Assembly (NCBI GenBank): GCA_030614005.1
Contig: JAUWKS010000041.1
Span: 1-29,538 of the forward strand
Length of the DNA: 29,538 nucleotides
Direction of reading: 5' to 3'
Origin: Candidatus Heimdallarchaeota archaeon
GTDB lineage: Archaea > Asgardarchaeota > Heimdallarchaeia > JABLTI01
In this document: positions 9,199-18,719 of the stretch, piece by piece
Layout: every line of letters starts with the position of its first letter
Numbering within the stretch: position 1 is the stretch's first letter
Position numbers and translations under genes: made by a program
The notes under the pieces: model-generated
What the model saw: the letters and a program-made list of their open reading frames with translations, nothing else
Databases searched by the model: none
What the model was told of the DNA's origin: nothing

Positions 9199-9425
9199 AT
9201 GACAGATACTGAGAAGAAATCCTCTGATTCTAAAAAAAAGAAATTTGATGGTACATTATCCGATCTTGCTGATAGACTTGTTAAAAGTATGTCGATAATT
9301 TGTATCATGCTACTAGGCTAGATACTGCCGAATTAGATCGTTTGGAACGTGAAAAGGAGTTACGTCTTGATAAGGCACTTGGTGAACCACTTGATGAACC
9401 TAATGAAGAACCAACAGAAGAATAA
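9199..9425 (+). CDS. Small charged protein (75 aa) hidden by a frameshift at 9283-9286
   Basis: Adding one A to the A4 run gives MTDTEKKSSDSKKKKFDGTLSDLADRLVKKYVDNLYHATRLDTAELDRLEREKELRLDKALGEPLDEPNEEPTEE*; track ORF 9305..9727(-) is its antisense shadow. Confidence 0.5.
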
Positions 9426-9623
9426 CTATCTATAAACAATACTAATCTTTCAAAGAATGAACTCTGATTTATTTTGAGATAACATTTTGACTCCTTTTGA
9501 TGAAGAAAGATAACTTTTGTTAGGTTAGGGTGAATGGAAAATATGAAATTAACTATAGTAAAAAACAATAATCTATTTAGATAACCATAATATACAAATC
9601 TTGAAACATCTAATTTAATTAGG

Positions 9624-10931
9624 TTGCAAGAAAATATGGAAGAAATGATAGAGAAACCATGGTACGAAGATCCATTCATCCAAGAAATGATGGGATTGAT
9701 GGGCGCAAGATCAATGCGGAGTATCATGTCTAGTTTTAAAGCTAATTTAATCTATGCTGGTGAAAACGGCATTGCTGATGCTGCTCGATATCTCGATAAA
9801 TCACTCTATGATGATGAGAAGCGCATTTTAATCATCGCTGATTCCTTCACACAAAAATTCTTCACTAAATTTGAGAAAGGATTCAAAAGATATAATTTTG
9901 AATTCAGAATTTGGGATGGGTGTTTACCTGAAGTTCCTTATCAAACAATAGAGGAAGGAGTGAAAATTTGTGAGGAATTCAAACCTACTGTTATTGTTGC
10001 TTTAGGTGGAGGTAGTGTTATGGATACAGCGAAAATTGTAAATATTAAATACGAAAGACCTGAATTGAATCTATTACAAATTGACGTTGTGTCTGGAGCA
10101 ATTGGATTACATAGAAAAGTAAAGCATCTTGTAGCAATTCCGACAACAATTGGCACAGGGTCTGAAGCAACCACCACAGCTATTTTGAATGATACTCGCA
10201 GAGAACCACACAAAAAAATAGCCGTCACTTGTGACGATATACTACCAACTATTGTTATTTTACATCCCGATTTTGTGAAAAAGCTACCACCATATCTCAT
10301 AACAGGTACAGGGTTAGATACTTTTGCTCATGCAGTTGGTGCTTATGTATCAAACTGGAATAGTCCTTATACAACAGCAATTAATCTGACAGCTATTAAA
10401 GAGACTATTCATTTTCTACCAAGATTAATAAAATATGGTGTTAAAGATTTAGAAGCGTGGGAACATATGCAATGGGCAGCTTTGATGGCTGGCTTAGGAT
10501 TCTCTAATGCAATGCCTGGTATAGAGCATGCTTTAGGACATAGTTTTGGTGCAGTGATGAACACTCATCATGGTATGACTGTAGGTTTGTTTACTCCACA
10601 ATCACTAGCTTGGCAAGCAAAAGTAACTGAAAGGTGGAAGGATCTCTGTCCACTATTTGATTTGGACATTACAGGAATGTCACGACAGAAAGCATTAGAT
10701 GCTTTACTTCTAGAAATGCAACTCTTCATTCGAAAAGTTGGTGGTTTTGCTTCTGTCAGTGAATTCGAGAAACCAGAAATTAAACAGAAGGATTATCAAA
10801 AAGCAATTCCGCTAATGGCTGAATTTGCTTTGAACGACATTGCCCATCTTGCATCGTATCGTCCCGTAAAATTGAATCATTATAAGAAAATGTACGAAGC
10901 TGCTTGGGATTCAAAGAAACTAGTGTTGTAG
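9624..10931 (+). CDS. Iron-containing (group III) alcohol dehydrogenase
   Basis: LGGGSVMDTAK, IPTTIGTGSEAT, metal ligands in GLDTFAH, IEHALGH and THHG. Start probably a downstream ATG (9636). Confidence 0.93.
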   Translation: MQENMEEMIEKPWYEDPFIQEMMGLMGARSMRSIMSSFKANLIYAGENGIADAARYLDKSLYDDEKRILIIADSFTQKFFTKFEKGFKRYNFEFRIWDGCLPEVPYQTIEEGVKICEEFKPTVIVALGGGSVMDTAKIVNIKYERPELNLLQIDVVSGAIGLHRKVKHLVAIPTTIGTGSEATTTAILNDTRREPHKKIAVTCDDILPTIVILHPDFVKKLPPYLITGTGLDTFAHAVGAYVSNWNSPYTTAINLTAIKETIHFLPRLIKYGVKDLEAWEHMQWAALMAGLGFSNAMPGIEHALGHSFGAVMNTHHGMTVGLFTPQSLAWQAKVTERWKDLCPLFDLDITGMSRQKALDALLLEMQLFIRKVGGFASVSEFEKPEIKQKDYQKAIPLMAEFALNDIAHLASYRPVKLNHYKKMYEAAWDSKKLVL

Positions 10932-10938
10932 AGGAGGA

Positions 10939-13317
10939 TTGTACTGTAAAATGAGTGAAATTATAGGTTATAATGGAAAAATAGCGTATGTTGATTTAAC
11001 TAGACAAGAAGTAAAGATTGAACCGTTGAAAGTGTCTACCGCTCGAGATTATCTCGGTGGAGCAGGTCTTAGTGCGAAACTCATTTATGATCTTCTCGGA
11101 GAAGATGATTATAAAACATTAAAACAAGATCCTTATTCACCTGTTAATCCGTTAGTGTTTGCTACTGGACCTGTTACAGGAACAGATCGTCCTGCTTCTG
11201 GAAGATATTCTGTTTGTGCAATATCACCTTTAACAAACATCTGGGGTGAATCCACTTCTGGAGGCTTTTTCTGTATTGATTTACGAAATAGTGGATTTGA
11301 CGCAATTGTTTTCACAGGAAAAGCAGAGAAACCAATTTATTTGTACCTCTCTAAAGGAAAGTTTGAATTTAGGGATGCAAGCAAATTTTGGGGTAAAGAT
11401 ACTTACAAAACACAAGAACTAATTCGTAAAGAACATGATAATAGCAAGCTGAAAGTCGCTTGCATCGGTCCAGCAGGAGAAAAACTGGTTAGATTTGCTT
11501 GTATAATGAATGATGCAGGTCGTGCTGCAGGTCGTTGTGGTATGGGTGCAATCATGGGTTCAAAGAATTTGAAAGCATTCGCAATAGTTGGTTCTCCAGA
11601 TAATATACTTCAAACACCCAACAAAAAAGCAATACGAGATCTTCGAAAGAGTATCAATTTCATATTAGAGGATGACCTCGTAGGTGCAATTGTTCCAAAA
11701 GTAATGAATATCTTTGGAACGAATACCTATATGGATATGGGCTCTTTTGCTGGTGATGTTCCTGCTTATTATTTCACTGAAACCGAATTTCCAGCAGAAT
11801 TACTAACCTCGAAGACATTGAAAGAAGAATATCCAATGTTTATTTCTGGATGTGCGAGATGCCCGTTGCAATGTGCAAAACAAACAATAGTTCCAGTGAA
11901 TGATCAAGAAGTTGTTGTGGATGGTCCTGAATATGAGTCCGTTGCAGCATATGGACCTCTAACAGGAACATTTGATTCAAAACCTGTTATTCTTGCTCAC
12001 CACTATGGAAATGTCTATGGAATAGATACCATCTCCAGCGGAGTTGTTATTGCTTTCCTAATATATCTCATCGAAAATAATATCGCTACAGAAGCAATCA
12101 AAAAGCATCTGAAAGTAATCAAAATTGAAGATATTAGATGGGGAAATGGTGATTTAGTTCTCAAATTGATGGATTTAATCAATGAACGAAAGGGCATCGG
12201 TGATCTTCTAGCAGAAGGAACGAGAATAATGGCTGAAAAATTAGGCGTAGATCCAGAGCTAGCTGCACATGTAAAAGGACTAGAAATACCTATGCATGAC
12301 GCTCGAGCATATGCCGGACAAGCTTTATCTTATATGACTGCTTGCTGTGGAGCAAACCACCAAAAATGTGATTGGTTCCAAGTAGAAACACAGTCAATCT
12401 CCTTCCCTGAATATAAAATTAATCCAGGTGATAGGTTTGATATTACAGGTAGAGAAGAAGGTGTAATTGCTTTTCAAGATATTCGAGCGATTGATGACTC
12501 TGCAGTGACTTGTGATTTTGAAACACCACCAAAATTCAGTGATGTTGCTAAATATATTTCATATGCAACAGATTTCAAATACACACCTAAAATGCTTCTG
12601 CAAGTAGGAGAGCGAATGACCAACATTAAACGTTTGATTTCATGCAATTTAGGAACTACTCGAGAGGATGATCGATTGCCAAAAATTGCAACACAAATTC
12701 TGAAGAGTGGTCCAACGGAAGGTGTCAAACTTGATCTGGATAAAAATCTCAAAACCTATTATGATATAAGAGGTTGGGATTGGAAGACAGGCAGGCCAAC
12801 AAAAGCAAAACTAGAAGAACTTCGGATAATCGGTGACGACACAGATATCGTTGTAGAAGCCAAGGAACACAAAATCTCCTCTGATCTTTTTGGGGAAATG
12901 GAAAGACGCAAGGAGAAATTTATACCTCTTCTAATAGCTAAGAGTATTCCAACTGCAGATATGGAAGAATATCTTGGTTTCATTGCTTTGTTCGCTCAAT
13001 GTGATGAAGATTTCTATGATGATTTTGGTGAATTACAAGATGGTATTCAATTAGCAATTAAAGCACTCCCACAAGAACAATGGTATTGGCTGAAATTGGA
13101 CAAAGGAAACTTCAGTGCAGGTAGGGGTAAAATGGATAAACCAACCTTAACTCTGACATTCCGAAATCAAAAAGTCTACGATGGAGTGATGAATATGAAA
13201 CTCAATCCAGTTACAGCAGTGCTTTCAAATCGTCTCAAGGTTAAACCAATGGGTAAAGTGAAAATCTTTCAGAATTTCATTGGATTGTATTTGAACAAAT
13301 TCAACTTAAAGTTCTGA
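10939..13317 (+). CDS. aor: Tungsten aldehyde:ferredoxin oxidoreductase fused to a C-terminal SCP2-like (sterol carrier) domain
   Basis: YLGGAGL, GRAAGRCGMGAIMGSKNLKA, CARCPLQC, GPEYES, HVKGLEIPMHD, DSAVTCDF; AOR ends about aa 628; aa about 675-792 fit SCP2 (WLKLDKG..SAGRGKMDKPTLTLTF...KLNPVTAVLSNRLKV). Start probably ATG 10951; 7 bp after the ADH stop. Confidence 0.93.
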   Translation: MYCKMSEIIGYNGKIAYVDLTRQEVKIEPLKVSTARDYLGGAGLSAKLIYDLLGEDDYKTLKQDPYSPVNPLVFATGPVTGTDRPASGRYSVCAISPLTNIWGESTSGGFFCIDLRNSGFDAIVFTGKAEKPIYLYLSKGKFEFRDASKFWGKDTYKTQELIRKEHDNSKLKVACIGPAGEKLVRFACIMNDAGRAAGRCGMGAIMGSKNLKAFAIVGSPDNILQTPNKKAIRDLRKSINFILEDDLVGAIVPKVMNIFGTNTYMDMGSFAGDVPAYYFTETEFPAELLTSKTLKEEYPMFISGCARCPLQCAKQTIVPVNDQEVVVDGPEYESVAAYGPLTGTFDSKPVILAHHYGNVYGIDTISSGVVIAFLIYLIENNIATEAIKKHLKVIKIEDIRWGNGDLVLKLMDLINERKGIGDLLAEGTRIMAEKLGVDPELAAHVKGLEIPMHDARAYAGQALSYMTACCGANHQKCDWFQVETQSISFPEYKINPGDRFDITGREEGVIAFQDIRAIDDSAVTCDFETPPKFSDVAKYISYATDFKYTPKMLLQVGERMTNIKRLISCNLGTTREDDRLPKIATQILKSGPTEGVKLDLDKNLKTYYDIRGWDWKTGRPTKAKLEELRIIGDDTDIVVEAKEHKISSDLFGEMERRKEKFIPLLIAKSIPTADMEEYLGFIALFAQCDEDFYDDFGELQDGIQLAIKALPQEQWYWLKLDKGNFSAGRGKMDKPTLTLTFRNQKVYDGVMNMKLNPVTAVLSNRLKVKPMGKVKIFQNFIGLYLNKFNLKF

Positions 13318-13494
13318 AAAGAATTTCATTTCTTCTTTTTTTATTTCTCAAAATTGTATCATGAACTCCCATTTTTATTACCAATTATAACCAAATTACT
13401 TGAACAAGTATGTTTTTCCAATGTAGATTAGCTCTTACAAAAAAAATTGAAAGCTTTTGAATAATGAATAAAATAAATTAGGAAAAGAAGAATG

Positions 13495-13974
13495 TTAAGT
13501 GGTTGGCTTTTTTCGTAACCACCTAATATGAAAACCTACACCTAGACTTGAAATGATTATTCCAAGTATGGCCAGTATCCACAAAAACACTGCATTACCT
13601 CCTCCTCTAGAAATATCCATTATAAATACAATTAACGTAGTTAAACAAAACCCGAAGAGAGCTGTTCCTAAAGTAAAAACTCCAATACTTGCACCTGCTT
13701 TTGCATAACTATTCTTTTGAGCATCAGGTGTTAAGTATCCTGCTATAATAGCTATTATCAATCCAATGCCTGGTAAACAGGTAAAACCCAGTATAGCAGT
13801 AACAAGTGAAACTATTCCTAAACCTTTCTCAGTTGAAATAGAGTCTTTCTTAGCAACATTTCCTGATTTATCAAGCTGATCGCCACATTCACTGCAAAAT
13901 TTAGTTGTTGCTAGGTTCTTAAACCCACACGATTGGCAATATTTAGAAGTCGCTTCATTCATTCTTTTTTCCAT
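13495..13974 (-). CDS. N-terminal double zinc ribbon + DUF4190-like membrane protein
   Basis: YCQSCG...KFCSECG; GLGIVSLVTAILG...GLIIAIIAG...AKAGASIG; 3-4 TM segments. Confidence 0.75.
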   Translation of the reverse strand: MEKRMNEATSKYCQSCGFKNLATTKFCSECGDQLDKSGNVAKKDSISTEKGLGIVSLVTAILGFTCLPGIGLIIAIIAGYLTPDAQKNSYAKAGASIGVFTLGTALFGFCLTTLIVFIMDISRGGGNAVFLWILAILGIIISSLGVGFHIRWLRKKPTT

Positions 13975-14278
13975 CCGATAGAACTATTGAATAGTTGTAA
14001 TTTAAAACAATCTTTTTACTAATTTTAAATCTTTTCCAGCACTAATTTTTCAGGTAAATTAAACTGAATAGTAATTTATCTTACTGATTAATATAAACCG
14101 TATATTGAACAGAGATTTGTGTACAATCTTTACTTTCTTGAGCGATTCAATATTAATAACAGAATCTGCAAATCCAACAATATCAATTGAGATTAGAGCT
14201 GAAAAAAGAGCTACTTTTCAAAATAAAAATCTTAATTAAATCCTAAACTATTATATCTCTTCACTAATTTAAAAGGAA

Positions 14279-15286
14279 GTGTGTAAAACGTCCATTGAAA
14301 AGACTAAGCCATATTTAAAAGTAATAATCATTTCAATTATGCTCATTACTGCGATGTCAATTGGAATTTTTGTAATAATAAGCAGCTGGTTACAAGTTGA
14401 ATCCACAGAATATTCAACAACAGCTGATATGTTAAATAATTTCAGAGATTTAGCAGAAACTGATGTTCAGATAATTCTTGAGGAAGATTCTGCAAAATAT
14501 GAGACAGCTTATTCCTATTTGAATGATCTATACTTACTAAATGACCAATATGGGGCAATGGTAGATTACAATAGCACCCACCCTTTAAATTATACGCAAC
14601 TAGATTTTGATGAAGTTAAAATAGAATTCACTTTAAAAATGAGATTAACCATCAATGTTGTTCAGAGCACCTCAGTGTACGATTATAGTGCAAATCAATT
14701 AAAGGCCGATGTAGCTAATAATTACACCAGTTGCGGAATAAAATATTTCTTCATACTTAATCAATGGCACACTTGGGGCGATCCTTATGAAGCAATTCAA
14801 GATGATATTAGAGACTATGTAAACACATCATTTGCTCTATCCGGTGATTCTTTAGAGGTTCCAGAGATTAAGCTTGAAAATTGGGCTTACAATCTGTATA
14901 ATAATTTATCAATTTTGGAGTTCGTTGGTTGTAGTGCTTCTGTCAATTATGCTACTAATAATTTGGATAGTATTGGTTTAAATTTGGTTAATCTCTCCCT
15001 CGCTTATGTATCTGACTATATCGACGGTTATGTAGCTCTCAGCGAAAGAGCGGATGATATTACTCAAGATTTCAATAATACACTCATTACTTTAGCAATG
15101 GCTGGTGTTCTTTTGGGATTCGCAACTTCATTTGAGAACATGAAGCTTCGGAAAATTAGCCTAATTGTCGGATTGGTTATACTTCTCCTCGCTGCTATTT
15201 ACTTCGGTACTGCACTTGGTGATCTTGCTCATTTAGCTAATAGAGAAGCTGGAATTATTAGCCCAAATGCATTTGTGTTCGCTTAG
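14279..15286 (+). CDS. Membrane protein with large, putatively glycosylated extracellular loop
   Basis: One N-terminal TM, two C-terminal TMs; seven N-x-S/T sequons counted in the loop; topology loosely reminiscent of DUF4337 (weak). Confidence 0.7.
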   Translation: MCKTSIEKTKPYLKVIIISIMLITAMSIGIFVIISSWLQVESTEYSTTADMLNNFRDLAETDVQIILEEDSAKYETAYSYLNDLYLLNDQYGAMVDYNSTHPLNYTQLDFDEVKIEFTLKMRLTINVVQSTSVYDYSANQLKADVANNYTSCGIKYFFILNQWHTWGDPYEAIQDDIRDYVNTSFALSGDSLEVPEIKLENWAYNLYNNLSILEFVGCSASVNYATNNLDSIGLNLVNLSLAYVSDYIDGYVALSERADDITQDFNNTLITLAMAGVLLGFATSFENMKLRKISLIVGLVILLLAAIYFGTALGDLAHLANREAGIISPNAFVFA

Positions 15287-15348
15287 AGTTAACATGGTAT
15301 TATTGATTATATTGCATATAAAAAAGTAGAAGAGTATTAACAAATGTG

Positions 15349-16278
15349 TTAATATCGCTCTTTCTTTCTTTTTCGTACTATAACAACTGAAATGCTTAAG
15401 AACGAAAAAACACATAAAATATACTTCACTTCTATTGGAAAATTAAAAGTCAACTCGCTCTGTTTAAAAATGCTAAATTGATAATCTACTTGAGTAAAAT
15501 CATCTGCATTGCTTTTAGATATACCTAGTGCACATGTTCCTGTGTCATTAACAGAGTATTCCATTGAAATATTATCAATAACATCTGTTTCCTCAATAAC
15601 TTTGGTTCCTCCTTGTTTATACAGAACGAAATCACAATTACTTTCACCAAAATCTGAAAATGTTATTGTTAGATTATCACCTGCTTCAACTTCGAAATTG
15701 TAGAAATCGGATAAATCATCATAAATCAATATTCCAGAGCTGCTAAAGTTCCCTACAGTTAGTTGTGAGGAAGTAGAATATGAATTACCAGCATCTTGAC
15801 CTATTCCCCCATCATTTTGTGTTGGTTTTTCAATGAAATTTACATCAGTATTTATCGTAGTTGTTTCCATCTCTGTTATATCAAAATTCATGAACACAAC
15901 ATGCCATATTTCACTGTTAGGAACTGAATAATAACCTGATGCTCCAGCACGAGAAGAAATAAGATGTTTATATAGGCTTGGTGTTAAACCATCTTTCCAA
16001 TCATTAAAATTAGGATCATCCATAGCCCAAAGTTGAATCAAGACATTTGGATTACTTGTAGTAAAATTCCATTCAATTACGTAATTTGCACCTATTGAAG
16101 TAATACTATTAATATCATGCCATTGATTGTATTCTAAATCAAAAGTTTCAATATTACTAGGTAAAAGATATCCTTCAGTTGAAGAAACTGAAGAAGTTAC
16201 CCCATTAAAACATAAGTAAATAATACCAATAATCGATACTATTCGATAATATCTCATTTTAGTAAACCTCTTAGCCAC
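15349..16278 (-). CDS. Cell-surface protein: signal peptide, beta-sandwich domain (paralogous to 1012..1719), PPC-like domain, C-terminal anchor
   Basis: QNDGGIGQDAGNS...DDLSDFYNFEVEAGDNLTITF...DFVLY fits the PPC pattern; C-terminal hydrophobic helix plus RKRKKERY. Confidence 0.75.
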   Translation of the reverse strand: MAKRFTKMRYYRIVSIIGIIYLCFNGVTSSVSSTEGYLLPSNIETFDLEYNQWHDINSITSIGANYVIEWNFTTSNPNVLIQLWAMDDPNFNDWKDGLTPSLYKHLISSRAGASGYYSVPNSEIWHVVFMNFDITEMETTTINTDVNFIEKPTQNDGGIGQDAGNSYSTSSQLTVGNFSSSGILIYDDLSDFYNFEVEAGDNLTITFSDFGESNCDFVLYKQGGTKVIEETDVIDNISMEYSVNDTGTCALGISKSNADDFTQVDYQFSIFKQSELTFNFPIEVKYILCVFSFLSISVVIVRKRKKERY

Positions 16279-16325
16279 TACTTAATTTGGCAATAAATTA
16301 TAGTTTGTTCTTAAATTAAAAATTT

Positions 16326-17789
16326 TTGATTATCAAATCGTTTAAATACAATCCTTATTCCTTTCATCAAAATAAAAAAAATCCGAAATTAATTAAAAGC
16401 GCTAAAACAGTAATTCTCAGCACCACACAAATAGACCTTTCTAGGAAATTCTTAGTAGATATGGATTTGTTTTCAATGGAAGAAAGTAAACAAATAACTA
16501 GAGATAAATTCCCTATGGTTGGGAAAATAACTCAAAGAAATGATACCAGTTTATCATGTGAGAGAACTTTGTCTCTAGAAAGCGATCTCTATTTGGATCA
16601 TCATAGATTCAATAATACACCTTTTCTTCCTGGAGTAATTGGTTTGGAACTTTTTGCAGAAATGAGTAAAGTTCTTTTTCCAAATAAAATAATTCAACGA
16701 TTTGAGGATATTCACTTTCTTTCAGCAATTAGATTAAAGGAAGATAATCCCATTACTATTTACACGAATTTAACAGTTAGTGATGACATTGCTGATGTTG
16801 TGATTACTTCAACTAGCAAAGGTTCTTCGGATAACAAATCAAATTCTAAAGTTCATTTCAAAGCAAAAATGATTTTTGGTAGTCGAGAAAGAGAAAGTCA
16901 AAAGATACCTGTGTTAAAGAAATTACCATTGCTTACTGGAGAATTTATCTATCAAATATTACCTCACGGTTCCTCATTTCAAGTTTTAGCAGAAATAAAT
17001 AGTATTGAGAATGAGATGATTGCAGTCGGCAGTTTTCCAAAGAAACAACTTTTTGGTTGGAAGGTTAAAAAGTTATTAACTAATCCATTTATTCTCGAAG
17101 CGGGTTTTCAGGCCATTGGGTTAATGGATTTTATTTTGAATGATCGCACAGGTCTTCCATCAAAGATTAAACAAGTAACTTATTTTGAATCCGAAGATAA
17201 ACCACACTTCATTGTTGGAAGAGAAAATATTGAGAAAAGAGGTTTCTTTGATTTCAGTGTTCTTTCAAGAAAGGGAAATGTCCTAGTGAAAGTTAATGAT
17301 TATCAAATGGTGGAAATTAATTTCGGTGATACTTCTAGTATACTTGAAAAATTACGTTCTCACAGAATTCGTCAACTATTACCTGTACCGAAAAAAGCTT
17401 GGTTAGAGGTTATTGATAAGCAATTGTTTCTGGATAAATTGTCTCGAGAGCCTGATTTTGTTTCGACCTTTTTACGAACAGATGAAATAGATGAATTAGA
17501 GGAATTGAATAATAAGGATAAACAAGACCGAATACTAGAATTATTTGCTCTAAAAAGATCTCTTAGAATTGTTCTACTCTCTAGAAAGATGCTGAATTTT
17601 AAGTTAAAGAAGGATGAAACCGGAAAACATTACTGCTCTCACAAAGGAAAGCATGTTTATCTTACAAAGGTGGAAGAATCAAATTATCTTCTAGTTTTAG
17701 CGAGCCGGAAAAGAAAAGATGGACTCGATTTTTACAATAAAAGAGAGACAATCAAAGCAAAGATAGTAGCAATGATAAATAAAAAATAA
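16326..17789 (+). CDS. Stand-alone type I PKS/FAS-like dehydratase (double hot-dog) with degenerate C-terminal PPTase-like domain
   Basis: YLDHHRFNNTPFLPGVIGLE (DH His motif), LPHGSSFQ (HGPxFQ), NPFILEAGFQ (acidic residue E); tail FLRTDEI...ELFALKRSL...DGLDF resembles Sfp/AcpS motifs. Real start likely ATG 16461 or 16476. Confidence 0.8.
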   Translation: MIIKSFKYNPYSFHQNKKNPKLIKSAKTVILSTTQIDLSRKFLVDMDLFSMEESKQITRDKFPMVGKITQRNDTSLSCERTLSLESDLYLDHHRFNNTPFLPGVIGLELFAEMSKVLFPNKIIQRFEDIHFLSAIRLKEDNPITIYTNLTVSDDIADVVITSTSKGSSDNKSNSKVHFKAKMIFGSRERESQKIPVLKKLPLLTGEFIYQILPHGSSFQVLAEINSIENEMIAVGSFPKKQLFGWKVKKLLTNPFILEAGFQAIGLMDFILNDRTGLPSKIKQVTYFESEDKPHFIVGRENIEKRGFFDFSVLSRKGNVLVKVNDYQMVEINFGDTSSILEKLRSHRIRQLLPVPKKAWLEVIDKQLFLDKLSREPDFVSTFLRTDEIDELEELNNKDKQDRILELFALKRSLRIVLLSRKMLNFKLKKDETGKHYCSHKGKHVYLTKVEESNYLLVLASRKRKDGLDFYNKRETIKAKIVAMINKK

Positions 17790-17983
17790 CAACTTGTTTT
17801 CATTGAATTTTTTCTAACAAAAAAACGTTTTTCAGAGCACAAACAGAAATCATTTATTTTTTATTTAAAATACACCATCCAATGTAAAAAGAAAATATAT
17901 TTATTAACCATTAATCTGTTTCAATATATTGTAATATATTTGGAGAGAAAAATTACAATTCAAATAGGTGGGAAGTTCTAACG

Positions 17984-18121
17984 ATGGAAAAGGATGAAGT
18001 AATTATTGATTACATATTAAATTATGATGATACTAAATCAATTGGAAAAGCATTTGATAATTTAAAAATAATTAAATTTCTAACGAAAATTTTTCCAATA
18101 ATCTTGATAAAAAGAAAATAA
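17984..18121 (+). pseudogene. Truncated 5' stub of a third YcxB-like paralogue
   Basis: MEKDEVIIDYILNYDDTK resembles MEELILDYIYDENDSK (18155) and EMEITYVQNYKDFK (18720); stops after 45 aa. Confidence 0.45.
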
Positions 18122-18154
18122 AAATAGCATTAAGTGCAAAGGAACGTGGGATAA

Positions 18155-18706
18155 TTGACAGTTGAAATGGAAGAATTAATTTTAGATTATATTTATGATG
18201 AGAATGATTCGAAGCGACAAAATAGAGAGTTTTATAGATCTAAAGAATTTCTGATACCAATGATTTCAGTTCAGATAATTATTATTTTGGTTTATGAAGG
18301 TATGAATATTGGTTTAGGTTTAATGTCCGGATTTTCTACTTGGGATATAATCTGGATGGTAATATATCCAATTATTTTATTGCTGTTTCTATCACTTTTT
18401 ATACTCTGGTTAATAAAACTAACAAGAAAATTGGAGCAATTGCCACGAAATTGCAGAGTAAAAATCAACAATAGTGGTTTAGAAGCTGATTTTACAAACG
18501 AAACTCATTCAACAAAATGGGATTATCTTAGAAAAGTAATAGAGCGGAAGGAATTCATCTATTTTAGAATACAAATTGGTACTATTTACTCGATACCAAA
18601 AAGAGTTCTCGATAACTCTCAATTAGAGTTCCTACGGAATATTCTGAGAATTAACTTAGATGATAAGAAATTGAAGTTACTAATAGATAACAAAGTAAAT
18701 AACTGA
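18155..18706 (+). CDS. YcxB-like membrane protein
   Basis: Two TMs, then KWDYLRKVIE..EFIYF...YSIPKRVL...QLEFLRNIL (YcxB C-terminal pattern). Confidence 0.75.
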   Translation: MTVEMEELILDYIYDENDSKRQNREFYRSKEFLIPMISVQIIIILVYEGMNIGLGLMSGFSTWDIIWMVIYPIILLLFLSLFILWLIKLTRKLEQLPRNCRVKINNSGLEADFTNETHSTKWDYLRKVIERKEFIYFRIQIGTIYSIPKRVLDNSQLEFLRNILRINLDDKKLKLLIDNKVNN

Positions 18707-18719
18707 AAGGTGAAAAATA

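Noticed and set aside
14087-14215. Minus-strand stretch with IDIVGF, reminiscent of nucleotide-cyclase motif
   Set aside because: Single short motif, no start, no other cyclase residues; chance is likely.
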